DNA of 32,000 nt from contig OY970350.1 in the NCBI GenBank assembly GCA_963718045.1, positions 30,001-62,000 of the forward strand, given 5' to 3'. A model generated the notes under the pieces. That model made no database searches. It had not been told where the DNA came from and was given only the letters and a program-made list of their open reading frames with translations. The position numbers were made by a program, and so were the translations under genes. This DNA is from Candidatus Saccharimonadota bacterium. Lineage in GTDB: Bacteria; Patescibacteriota; Saccharimonadia; Saccharimonadales; UBA4665. Below are positions 13,686 to 21,756 of this stretch, piece after piece (position 1 is the first letter of the stretch; each line of letters begins with the position of its first letter).

Positions 13686-14411
13686 TTAAACGTCAAGATC
13701 TATGCGGATAAAGCCTTCACCAAGCTCATAGCCTTGCTTGCCGCCAACTTGCTTGGCCATTTCCCTCATCCAGCCCTCTACCCTGCCTATGTCCTTTATT
13801 TGGCTTCCGTGGGCTTCAAGAGCGGCTATTTTGTTATCGAAGGTGCTAGAAATATCGACTATAAAGTTATGCTTCTCAAAGTTAGTTAGAAGAATAGTCC
13901 TTGTTTTATGCGGCATAAAGCCTTGCGCGTAGAGTTCCGGAAAAGACAGATGGTCCCGGGCTAAGGGAAATATTGCGTCAAGCGTGGCCTGGCCAGCTGC
14001 CCGGTGGTCGGGGTGGTTAATAATGCCCCTTTCAGCAGAATAGATAACTGTTGGGTCCATCGTTATGACTAGGTCAGGTTTAAGCTTGCGAATAACCTGG
14101 ACAATATCCTTCTTAAGTTCCATTGTTATTTCCAGGCAGCCATCTGGGTAGTCTAAGAATTCAACACCACGACCATTGATTGCTTTAACTGCTGCCCGCT
14201 GTTCATCTTTCCGTATCTTGTTTAGCTGCCTGGGAGTTAATGTTTTATCTCTAGTTCCCTTACTGCCATCAGTTAAAATTAGGTAGTAGACATCGGCTCC
14301 GTTCTTAGCAAATGCTGCCAATGTGCCTGAGGCTCCAAAATCTAAATCATCCGGGTGAGCGGCGACCCCTAAAACAACCTTAGGATTTAGTTCATCAGTT
14401 TTCATTTTCAT
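13686..14411 (-). CDS. PIG-L/LmbE family N-acetylglucosaminyl deacetylase
   Basis: 241 aa. It has the motifs VAAHPDDLDFGASGT and HPDH characteristic of PIG-L/LmbE zinc deacetylases. An extended -10 TGtTAAAAT (14426-14418) lies 6 nt upstream of the ATG. Confidence 0.82.
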   Translation of the reverse strand: MKMKTDELNPKVVLGVAAHPDDLDFGASGTLAAFAKNGADVYYLILTDGSKGTRDKTLTPRQLNKIRKDEQRAAVKAINGRGVEFLDYPDGCLEITMELKKDIVQVIRKLKPDLVITMDPTVIYSAERGIINHPDHRAAGQATLDAIFPLARDHLSFPELYAQGFMPHKTRTILLTNFEKHNFIVDISSTFDNKIAALEAHGSQIKDIGRVEGWMREMAKQVGGKQGYELGEGFIRIDLDV

Positions 14412-14495
14412 TTGACTATTTTAACAGATCTTCTTATCTGTTTCTGTTAGCTTGCTACTAACCAGCTTTTATATAACTAGTTAAACTAGTATTAT

Positions 14496-15359
14496 ATGGC
14501 TATGAGTATTGGCGGTGGGATAAGCGACATTGAGAAGTTATTGGGTAAGCGTATTAAGTCCTTTAGACTATCTGCCGGACTGACCCAGCAGCAGCTTTGC
14601 AATAAAGCCAGTATCAGCTATTCAACGTTAACCAAAATCGAGCGCGGAGCAATTAAATCCCCATCTATCTTTACCGTCGATGCAATTGCTTCGGCTATTG
14701 GTATCAGCCTCGATAAATTAATTGGCAGCCGAGGAGTAGAGGAAAGACAGCTTAAGAAAAGTCCGAGCGGTATCAGCTTTGTATATTTTGACATTAATGG
14801 CTGTTTAGTTCGCTTTTTCCAAAGAGCATTTATACGTATTGCCGAAGATTATGGTGTATCGCCTGATTTGGTTGAAACGGCCTTCTGGCATCTGAATGAC
14901 GACGCCTGCCGGGGTATTTTAAGCTCTCAAGAATTAAACGCTAAGATGGCAGAGAAGATTGGTATTAGTGATGTCGACTGGAATAAATATTATCTTGAAG
15001 TAGCCGAACCTGTTCCCGGGATGGAGAAGCTGATTAAAAGTTTGAGCCTGTCATACAAGGTAGGACTTTTAACAAACATTATGCCGGGCTTAGTATCTAG
15101 CCTCAGACGGGCCCATAAAATCCCAGATATTAGCTATGATGCGGTTATAGACTCCTCTGAAGTTGGTCATATTAAGCCGGAGCCTGAGATATATATGTTA
15201 GCCCAAGAAAAAGCTGGAGTGTCCGGCCAGGAGATTCTATTTGTAGATGACACCAAGGCAAATCTAATGGCCGCTGAAGAATTCGGCTGGCATGTCCTTT
15301 GGTTTGATTATGCCCTGCCCGATGAGTCCCAGGATAGCATCAGGCAAAGTTTAAAGTGA
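14496..15359 (+). CDS. XRE-family HTH domain fused to HAD-superfamily (subfamily IA-like) hydrolase domain
   Basis: 287 aa. The N-terminus LGKRIKSFRLSAGLTQQQLCNKASISYSTLTKIERG is an XRE/Cro-type HTH. The C-terminal part has HAD motifs I (FDINGCL), II (LLTN), III (GHIKPEPEIY) and IV (LFVDDTKANLMAA). The start could instead be ATG 14502. Confidence 0.8.
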   Translation: MAMSIGGGISDIEKLLGKRIKSFRLSAGLTQQQLCNKASISYSTLTKIERGAIKSPSIFTVDAIASAIGISLDKLIGSRGVEERQLKKSPSGISFVYFDINGCLVRFFQRAFIRIAEDYGVSPDLVETAFWHLNDDACRGILSSQELNAKMAEKIGISDVDWNKYYLEVAEPVPGMEKLIKSLSLSYKVGLLTNIMPGLVSSLRRAHKIPDISYDAVIDSSEVGHIKPEPEIYMLAQEKAGVSGQEILFVDDTKANLMAAEEFGWHVLWFDYALPDESQDSIRQSLK

Positions 15360-17975
15360 GCCAAACAGTTTAATTTCTGAAGCAATCTCAGATAAGAGAC
15401 TCTTGTATTCTTCAATCTGCATTTTAGTATCTAATATAACTTCTTCCGGCGCTTTAGAAACGTAGTCTTCCTTCTCTAGCCTGCCCTGCAGCACCGTTAA
15501 GTGATCCATATAACCTTTTTGTTTCACTTCCAGTTTAACTAAGTGTCTTTCAGCTTTAGACTTGTCTATATTTAGCCGGACATTAAATTTTATCCCTGTC
15601 AGCTTTAAGCCTTTTCCCTGCTTAGTTTCTTCAACACTAGCTGCACCTGACAATTTTTTAATTAATGTTCGGTTTTTGTCTAGTAGGCTAGAGTCCGTAT
15701 ATGTCACTTTAGTATCTTTATCGCCGACATCATGAAGGATTTGCCTGGCGCCTGAGATTACAAGCTTTATATTTTCAAAGTCTAAAGCTAATTCTTCGTT
15801 ATGCGGCATTATCTTTTTATATGTCTCGGCGGCTAATATTGACCCTTTATTTGCTTCAATGCTCTGCCAGATAGCTTCAGTAACATATGGTGCCAGCGGA
15901 TGAGCGATAACCAGGAAGTTATTTAAGACATAGTTAAGTAACTCTACGTTCGGATCAATCTTGCTGGCTTCTATATACCAGTCAGCAAGACCATCCCATA
16001 AGAAGTGGTAGAGTTTGTTATAAGCATCACTGAATCGGAAGTTGTCTATATCGCTGCTAATCTGTTCTTTAGTTAAGATTAACTGCTTGAGAATCCAGTG
16101 ATCGGCTATAGATTTTGGTTCTGGTTCACCAGTAGTTTTATCATTAACACCAGCAACATATCTGGCCACATTCCAGAGCTTGTTACAGAAGTTACGATTG
16201 GTAATAACCTTGCTGTTAACTAATTTCTGGCTATTGCCGGCACTCATTCCCTGGATTAAGGCTAGTCTTAGTGAATCTGTACCGTAGTTTTCAATTACGT
16301 CCATCGGGTCAATAATAGTATCTGGACGGGACTTACTCATCTTACCGCCGCTAGGCGTTAAAACCAGACCGTGAAGATAGACTGTTTTAAAAGGTATTTG
16401 GCCGGTTATATAGGTGGTAGCAAGAATCATCCGGGCAACCCAGAAGAATAAGATATCCCAAGCCGTATCAAGAACTGTTGTCGGATGGTAAGTCTGAAAA
16501 TCCAGACTGTTTTTAAGTAGATCGTTTAAGCTAAGGTCATAATTTTTAGCCAGTTCCGGATCTATTAAAGTGCTCCAGGTCCATAGAGCTGAGCTAAACC
16601 AAGTATCCAGCGTATCTTCATCTCTTGACCACTGCCCTTTTATGTCGTCTTTTGGCGGCGATACGCCGACGTATGTTTCTTCCTTACCGTCTTCCATTCT
16701 GTACCAGACTGGTATCTGGTGGCCCCACCAAATCTGCCGGCTTATACACCAATCTCTTAAGTTATCTATCCAGTGAAAATATACCTTGTCAAAGCGCGAC
16801 GGTATTATTTCAATCTCATTATCTCTAATGACTGCCTGCATTACCTCTTTAAAGCTCAGTTTTTTGCCCTGCCAGTTAACTGCCGGCTTATTAACATCTA
16901 TAAACCACTGCAGTCTAATTTGCGGTTCAATAACGCCCTTGCCCCGGCTGTTAAGGGCAACATTATGGACATAGTTATCCTTAACTTCGACTAAAAGCCC
17001 CTTTTGTTCTAGTTTCTCAACTATTTTAGGTCTGGCTTCTTCTATTGAAAGACCGCTGAACTCCCCGGCAATTGGCAGCAGCTTGCCGTTAAGACCAATT
17101 ATCTGTTCCCTGTCCAGCTTATGTCTTTCGGCAATTTCAAAATCTACCAGGCTATGCCAAGGTGTGATGGTCATTACACCGGTACCAAATTCAGGGTCTA
17201 TAGCTTCATCTTTAATAACGGTAGCGGTAACCTTGCCGTTTATCCACTCTGCTTCAAACTGGTCGCCTTCCCTATACTTTAAGTACCTCTTATCTTCAGG
17301 GTGCATAACGACATATTTATCGCCGAACTTTGTTTCCGGCCTGGCAGTTGTTATTTCAAAAGGACCGTATTTTAAGGTGTAAAGCTTAGTCTTTTCCGGC
17401 CGGTATTCGACTTCGTCATCCGATACATTAGTTTCTAATACCGGGTCCCAGTTAACTATCCTATGACCCCTGTAAATAAGACCGTCGTTATACATTCTGA
17501 CAAATACTTCATTAACACAGCGGCTGAGCGTGTCTGACAGTGTGTATCTAGCTCTGGTCCAGTCGACACTGGCTCCCATGGCTCTTGTCTGGCTGTTTAT
17601 AGTCGACCGGCTGTTTTCCACGAATTCGACGGTTCTTCGGAGGAATTCCTCCCGCCCAATTTCATGTTTATTAGTTCCCTCCTGCCTTAGTTGTTCCTCA
17701 ATAATAGCGTTGGTCCCCAGGGCTGAATGATCTGTTCCGGGCAGCCAGAGGACATCCTTGCCTTTTGCTCTGGCATGACGGGCTAAGATATCTTGAATAG
17801 TAAAGCCAAGCGCATGACCGATGTGCAATGTGCCTGTTTCATTAGACGGCGGCATAGCAATCGAGAAGTGTTCTTTGGGACTTTTTGGATTAGCTACAAA
17901 GATCTTACTGTCTTCCCAAAGGCGGTAAATAACTGGTTCATGCTTTTTTGCATTGTATGTCGGCTCTAGTTTCAT
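15351..17975 (-). CDS. valS: Valine--tRNA ligase
   Basis: 874 aa. It has the class I HIGH motif (TLHIGHALG), PGTDH, KMSKS (GGKMSKSRPD) and a C-terminal coiled-coil typical of ValRS. Confidence 0.96.
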   Translation of the reverse strand: MKLEPTYNAKKHEPVIYRLWEDSKIFVANPKSPKEHFSIAMPPSNETGTLHIGHALGFTIQDILARHARAKGKDVLWLPGTDHSALGTNAIIEEQLRQEGTNKHEIGREEFLRRTVEFVENSRSTINSQTRAMGASVDWTRARYTLSDTLSRCVNEVFVRMYNDGLIYRGHRIVNWDPVLETNVSDDEVEYRPEKTKLYTLKYGPFEITTARPETKFGDKYVVMHPEDKRYLKYREGDQFEAEWINGKVTATVIKDEAIDPEFGTGVMTITPWHSLVDFEIAERHKLDREQIIGLNGKLLPIAGEFSGLSIEEARPKIVEKLEQKGLLVEVKDNYVHNVALNSRGKGVIEPQIRLQWFIDVNKPAVNWQGKKLSFKEVMQAVIRDNEIEIIPSRFDKVYFHWIDNLRDWCISRQIWWGHQIPVWYRMEDGKEETYVGVSPPKDDIKGQWSRDEDTLDTWFSSALWTWSTLIDPELAKNYDLSLNDLLKNSLDFQTYHPTTVLDTAWDILFFWVARMILATTYITGQIPFKTVYLHGLVLTPSGGKMSKSRPDTIIDPMDVIENYGTDSLRLALIQGMSAGNSQKLVNSKVITNRNFCNKLWNVARYVAGVNDKTTGEPEPKSIADHWILKQLILTKEQISSDIDNFRFSDAYNKLYHFLWDGLADWYIEASKIDPNVELLNYVLNNFLVIAHPLAPYVTEAIWQSIEANKGSILAAETYKKIMPHNEELALDFENIKLVISGARQILHDVGDKDTKVTYTDSSLLDKNRTLIKKLSGAASVEETKQGKGLKLTGIKFNVRLNIDKSKAERHLVKLEVKQKGYMDHLTVLQGRLEKEDYVSKAPEEVILDTKMQIEEYKSLLSEIASEIKLFGSL

Positions 17976-18029
17976 TAGCTTTAGTTTACCAGTTTCATCT
18001 GAAAGATACAGTTCATATAAACAGAAACT

Positions 18030-19085
18030 TTAAATTGTCAAATTTGGAGCAATGTCTAAAGAGTACGGATCAGCTTGCTTTTCTTTAAACTCGGACATAA
18101 AACAGCCGAGGGTAGCAATCATGGCGCCGTTATCTGTACAAAGTTTAATATCCGGCATCATAAGGGGTGATTTAATACATTCCGTGAGCTGTCTTCTAAG
18201 TTCTTTATTAGCGGCTACGCCGCCAGCTATGACAACAGATGAAGGTGAGTATTCGTTAACAGCCTTTTTAGCCTTTTCAACAATTGTTTTACAGGCAACA
18301 TACTCAAAGCTGGCTGCTAAATCGGCTTTTTGAGCTTCATTTAGCCTATTTGCGAGCTTTATAGAGGGAAATGTGTAATCTTCACCAATAAGCTCCTGGC
18401 AGCGCCTTAAAACCGCTGTTTTAAGTCCTGAGAAGCTGAAGTTATATCCCGGCATCTTAGCGATAGGGAAGTTAAAGCTGTCTGGGGTACCATCCTTGGC
18501 TTTAGCCGATACGGCTGATCCGCCGGGGTAGCCTAGGCCTAACATTTTAGACACTTTGTCGAAAGCTTCACCGATGGCATCGTCCTGGGTCTGCCCTAGC
18601 AGGATGTAGTCAAAGTGGTTCTTAAATAGAACTAGCTGGCTATGCCCGCCAGAGACAATAATGGCTAGCATAGGGAATTTTGGGCCGCTTGTAACAGTGT
18701 AGCCGGGTAGGGCAGTAGTCGTTAAGAAATTGGCATAGACGTGACCAAGAACATGGTTGACTGCGAACAGAGGCAGCTTTTTTGTAATAGCTATTGTTCT
18801 GGCGGCCATTACGCCTATTAATAAACTGCCGCCAAGGCCTGCACCGTAGGTTACAGCTATAGAGTCTATATCTTGCCAATCACATTTAGCTTCTTTAAGG
18901 GACTGCTCAATAACACCGTTAATTACTTCGATGTGACTCCGGGCAGCAATCTCCGGAACAACACCGCCGTATATGCGGTGGAGATCCATGCTGCTCGATA
19001 CGACATTAGATAAAAGCTTACATCCATCTTCTACAATGCCGGCCGCTGTCTCATCACAGCTGGTTTCGATCCCTATAATTTTCAT
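18030..19085 (-). CDS. tsaD: tRNA N6-adenosine threonylcarbamoyltransferase (Kae1/Gcp/TsaD family)
   Basis: 351 aa. The N-terminus is MKIIGIETSCDETAAGIV, it has the metal-binding HVLGH, and its length is typical of TsaD. Confidence 0.93.
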   Translation of the reverse strand: MKIIGIETSCDETAAGIVEDGCKLLSNVVSSSMDLHRIYGGVVPEIAARSHIEVINGVIEQSLKEAKCDWQDIDSIAVTYGAGLGGSLLIGVMAARTIAITKKLPLFAVNHVLGHVYANFLTTTALPGYTVTSGPKFPMLAIIVSGGHSQLVLFKNHFDYILLGQTQDDAIGEAFDKVSKMLGLGYPGGSAVSAKAKDGTPDSFNFPIAKMPGYNFSFSGLKTAVLRRCQELIGEDYTFPSIKLANRLNEAQKADLAASFEYVACKTIVEKAKKAVNEYSPSSVVIAGGVAANKELRRQLTECIKSPLMMPDIKLCTDNGAMIATLGCFMSEFKEKQADPYSLDIAPNLTI

Positions 19086-19092
19086 TACGTTT

Positions 19093-19100
19093 AGTATACT
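19093..19100. promoter_or_regulatory. Palindromic AGTATACT supplying a TATACT -10 box to both divergent genes (tsaD and murE-like)
   Basis: The whole intergenic region is 23 bp. On the plus strand, TATACT (19095-19100) is 8 nt from ATG 19109. On the minus strand, TATACT (19098-19093) is 7 nt from ATG 19085. Confidence 0.45.
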
Positions 19101-19108
19101 AGAAGAAT

Positions 19109-20473
19109 ATGGGTCTTCGCTCTACTGTTAAGAAAGTCATACCAGCAAAAGTATTTAGTGCCGTTGAACCTTACGGCCACTGGCTGGAAGCAATACTTGA
19201 AAATATATTATTCGGCTTCCCAATGCGGGGGCTTAAAGTTATAGGTGTAACAGGTACGGCAGGGAAGACTACAACCTGTACTTTAGTCAGCCACATAATG
19301 AAAGAATCCGGCTTAAAAGTTGCCACGATGACTACTGTTTCTATAGATTACGGTGACGGCAAAGGACCACGACACAATACTACCAGGATGACATCTTTAG
19401 GATCGTACCAGCTTCTAAAAGCTGCTAAGAGGATCAAATCTAATGGTGTAGAGTGGTTAGTTCTGGAAACTACTTCCCAGGCTACGGCCCAGCACCGTGT
19501 CTTCGCAGTTCCTTTTACCATCGTCGGCTATACCAATCTTGGCCACGATAATTTCCATTACCACATTACTTTTGAGAAATACAGGGCAGCTAAGCTGATG
19601 CTCTTTAAGCAAGCCAACAGGCACTTGAACGGCTTAAGAGTCGGTGTCGTTAACATCGATGATGAGAACGGCAAGTATTTTGTTAAAGCAATAAAACATC
19701 CCCTGACTTACGGACTAAAAAAGGGTGACCTAACAGCAACAGACCTAGAGCTAACAGCCAGCGGCAGTAAATTCAAGGCCGTTATAGGTGATGACGTATA
19801 CGATATTAAATCTAATCTGCCAGGGGAATTTAACGTCTATAACTGCTTAGCGGCAATTGGCATTACAAGAAGTGTTGGTCTAAGCAAAGAACAGATAGAG
19901 AGCGGGATTACTAGTTTAAAAAGCGTTGAAGGACGGATGAATAGCATCGAAGAAGGTCAAGACTTTGGTGTTATTGTCGATTACGCTGCTACGCCGGTGA
20001 GCTTTAATCAAGTGTTTGCCACTGTTAAACCCCTCGTTAAAGGGCGAATAATTACCATTTTTGGCTCAGCCGGGAGAAGAGATGAACTTAAAAGGTCCAT
20101 TCAAGGTGAAATTGCCGGTAAGCATTCAGATATTGTTATCCTGACCGAAGAGGATGATAGAGATCAGGAAGGACTGAAAATTTTGGAAGAGATAGCTATC
20201 GGGGCAGAGAAGTCAGGTAAGAAAAAGGGCAGGGATCTATTTCTAATCCACGACCGCAAAGAAGCTGTCGAAAAGGCAATTGGAATGGCAAAAACAGATG
20301 ATCTGGTCCTTCTTTTAGGCAAGGGAGAAGAAACAGTCATTATTACTAATAAGCCTGGTTTTAAACCATCTCCCGGGCATATTTTTAACGAGGGCACGGA
20401 TACCATAACGGTGCCATACAACGAAACGGCTACGGCCAGAGCAGCTCTTAAGAAGATCAATCCTAAAAACTAA
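19109..20473 (+). CDS. Mur ligase family protein, MurE-like (short N-terminal region)
   Basis: 454 aa. It has the P-loop GVTGTAGKTTT at residues ~47-56, NLGHDNFHYHITFEKYRAAK (compare MurE DHLDYH..Y..AK), GSAGRRDELKR and LLLGKGEE (compare GKGHE). Only about 45 aa precede the P-loop. Confidence 0.72.
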   Translation: MGLRSTVKKVIPAKVFSAVEPYGHWLEAILENILFGFPMRGLKVIGVTGTAGKTTTCTLVSHIMKESGLKVATMTTVSIDYGDGKGPRHNTTRMTSLGSYQLLKAAKRIKSNGVEWLVLETTSQATAQHRVFAVPFTIVGYTNLGHDNFHYHITFEKYRAAKLMLFKQANRHLNGLRVGVVNIDDENGKYFVKAIKHPLTYGLKKGDLTATDLELTASGSKFKAVIGDDVYDIKSNLPGEFNVYNCLAAIGITRSVGLSKEQIESGITSLKSVEGRMNSIEEGQDFGVIVDYAATPVSFNQVFATVKPLVKGRIITIFGSAGRRDELKRSIQGEIAGKHSDIVILTEEDDRDQEGLKILEEIAIGAEKSGKKKGRDLFLIHDRKEAVEKAIGMAKTDDLVLLLGKGEETVIITNKPGFKPSPGHIFNEGTDTITVPYNETATARAALKKINPKN

Positions 20474-21357
20474 TCTAAAGTTAGACTAGAACAGCGGATA
20501 GAACCGCCACCTTTTTTAAGTTCCGGCAGATCTAGCTCGATAACTTTTAGGCCGTGTTTAACAAGATTAGCTTTAAATTTTGGTGCGCCGCTATTCATGA
20601 TAACTATTTCACCGGTCGAAACTAGGTTGGGGGCATAAGCTTTAAGTGCTTCATCCTTAGAAATAATTATCTTATTAAAGCCTTTTAAATCTTTCAGGAT
20701 CTTACGGCTTGGCCACTTAAAGAGCTTAGGACAGTAAGCGATTAGGGGAGGGGAATTATCGATTCCCGACTTAATAACAGCTAGGGCAAGATCAAGGTCG
20801 AATGTTGGGCTATCTGGCCAACCAGTTATTTTATTATTCTTAGCTGGACCAAATTTAAACCATCGCTGCGGCTTGGTATTAAGCGAGTAGACTTTTTTAA
20901 AACCCAGCAAATTTTTAACTATCGGGTGGGCAGCCCTAGATGTCCGATAAGGCGATTGGACAAACAATACATCATCACAAACTAAACTGTCTCCTTGACC
21001 GCTATAGGCCTGGATGCTCTCTGGCAGTTCGTGAAGTTCGAGCCCTAAATCTGACAAATGCTGCTTGGCTATCGGTTCCTCCGGTTTTCTTTTATTAGGA
21101 AGTCTTGCCAGCACCGCCTCACCAGCTCTAACAAGGGCCCAATTGGCTGTATAAACGCCGTCCTGCATTCCTTTAGGAGCGCCAACTTCAATAACTTTAA
21201 TGCCAGCTTTTTTAAAGGCTTTTACAATTGACTGGTGTTCTTTTATGGCTTGATCTACATCAACAGATAAGGAAGAGTCCATTAAGGCATTAATGGCATC
21301 TTTATCTGTAAAATAGTTTGCACCAGATACTAAAACAGTCTTATTTATTAATGGCAT
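20470..21357 (-). CDS. Amidinotransferase-fold enzyme (DDAH / arginine-deiminase-related)
   Basis: 295 aa. The C-terminal catalytic-Cys motif KKGGGSIRCSSLTL is typical of the guanidino-group-modifying enzyme superfamily. It is too short for a canonical ArcA. Confidence 0.62.
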   Translation of the reverse strand: MPLINKTVLVSGANYFTDKDAINALMDSSLSVDVDQAIKEHQSIVKAFKKAGIKVIEVGAPKGMQDGVYTANWALVRAGEAVLARLPNKRKPEEPIAKQHLSDLGLELHELPESIQAYSGQGDSLVCDDVLFVQSPYRTSRAAHPIVKNLLGFKKVYSLNTKPQRWFKFGPAKNNKITGWPDSPTFDLDLALAVIKSGIDNSPPLIAYCPKLFKWPSRKILKDLKGFNKIIISKDEALKAYAPNLVSTGEIVIMNSGAPKFKANLVKHGLKVIELDLPELKKGGGSIRCSSLTLD

Positions 21358-21383
21358 GTTATAAAATTATAACCTCAAAAATA

Positions 21384-21413
21384 TTGACAGCTAAATTAGC
21401 AGTCGTTTATAGT
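21384..21413 (+). promoter_or_regulatory. Predicted groESL promoter TTGACA-18-TATAGT
   Basis: TTGACA (21384-21389) is separated by an 18-nt spacer from TATAGT (21408-21413). The promoter overlaps CIRCE copy 1. A strong SD AGGAGG (21466-21471) lies before ATG 21477. Confidence 0.6.
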
Positions 21414-21422
21414 GAGTGCTGA
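21396..21422. promoter_or_regulatory. CIRCE operator copy 1 (HrcA binding site)
   Basis: TTAGCAGTC-N9-GAGTGCTGA compared with the consensus TTAGCACTC-N9-GAGTGCTAA gives 2 mismatches. Confidence 0.8.
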
Positions 21423-21425
21423 ACA

Positions 21426-21452
21426 TTAGCACTCACATAGTGATAGTGCTAA
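21426..21452. promoter_or_regulatory. CIRCE operator copy 2 (HrcA binding site)
   Basis: TTAGCACTC-N9-TAGTGCTAA has 1 mismatch to the consensus. It lies 3 nt after copy 1. Confidence 0.85.
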
Positions 21453-21476
21453 TAACAATCATAATAGGAGGATTAG

Positions 21477-21743
21477 ATGAGCACACCACTTCAACCCTTA
21501 GCTGACTATGTCGTAACAGTAGCTGAGGACCCCAAGACCAAAACATCCAGTGGTCTATATTTACCGGACAATGCGGCTGAAAAGCCAAAGACAGCCAAAG
21601 TTGTAGCTGTCGGTAAGGATGTTAAGCAGGTTAAGAATGGTGACCGGGTAGTATATAAGAGCTATTCAACTACTGAAGTAAAAGTCGACAACCTGGAATA
21701 TATTCTGGTTAAAGAAGAAGATATTCTAGCGGTTGTTAAATAA
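21477..21743 (+). CDS. groES: Co-chaperonin GroES
   Basis: 88 aa. It begins LQPLADYVVTVAEDPKTKTSSGLYLPDNAAEKP (mobile loop) and lies immediately upstream of groEL. Confidence 0.96.
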   Translation: MSTPLQPLADYVVTVAEDPKTKTSSGLYLPDNAAEKPKTAKVVAVGKDVKQVKNGDRVVYKSYSTTEVKVDNLEYILVKEEDILAVVK

Positions 21744-21756
21744 GGAGATAATTTAA

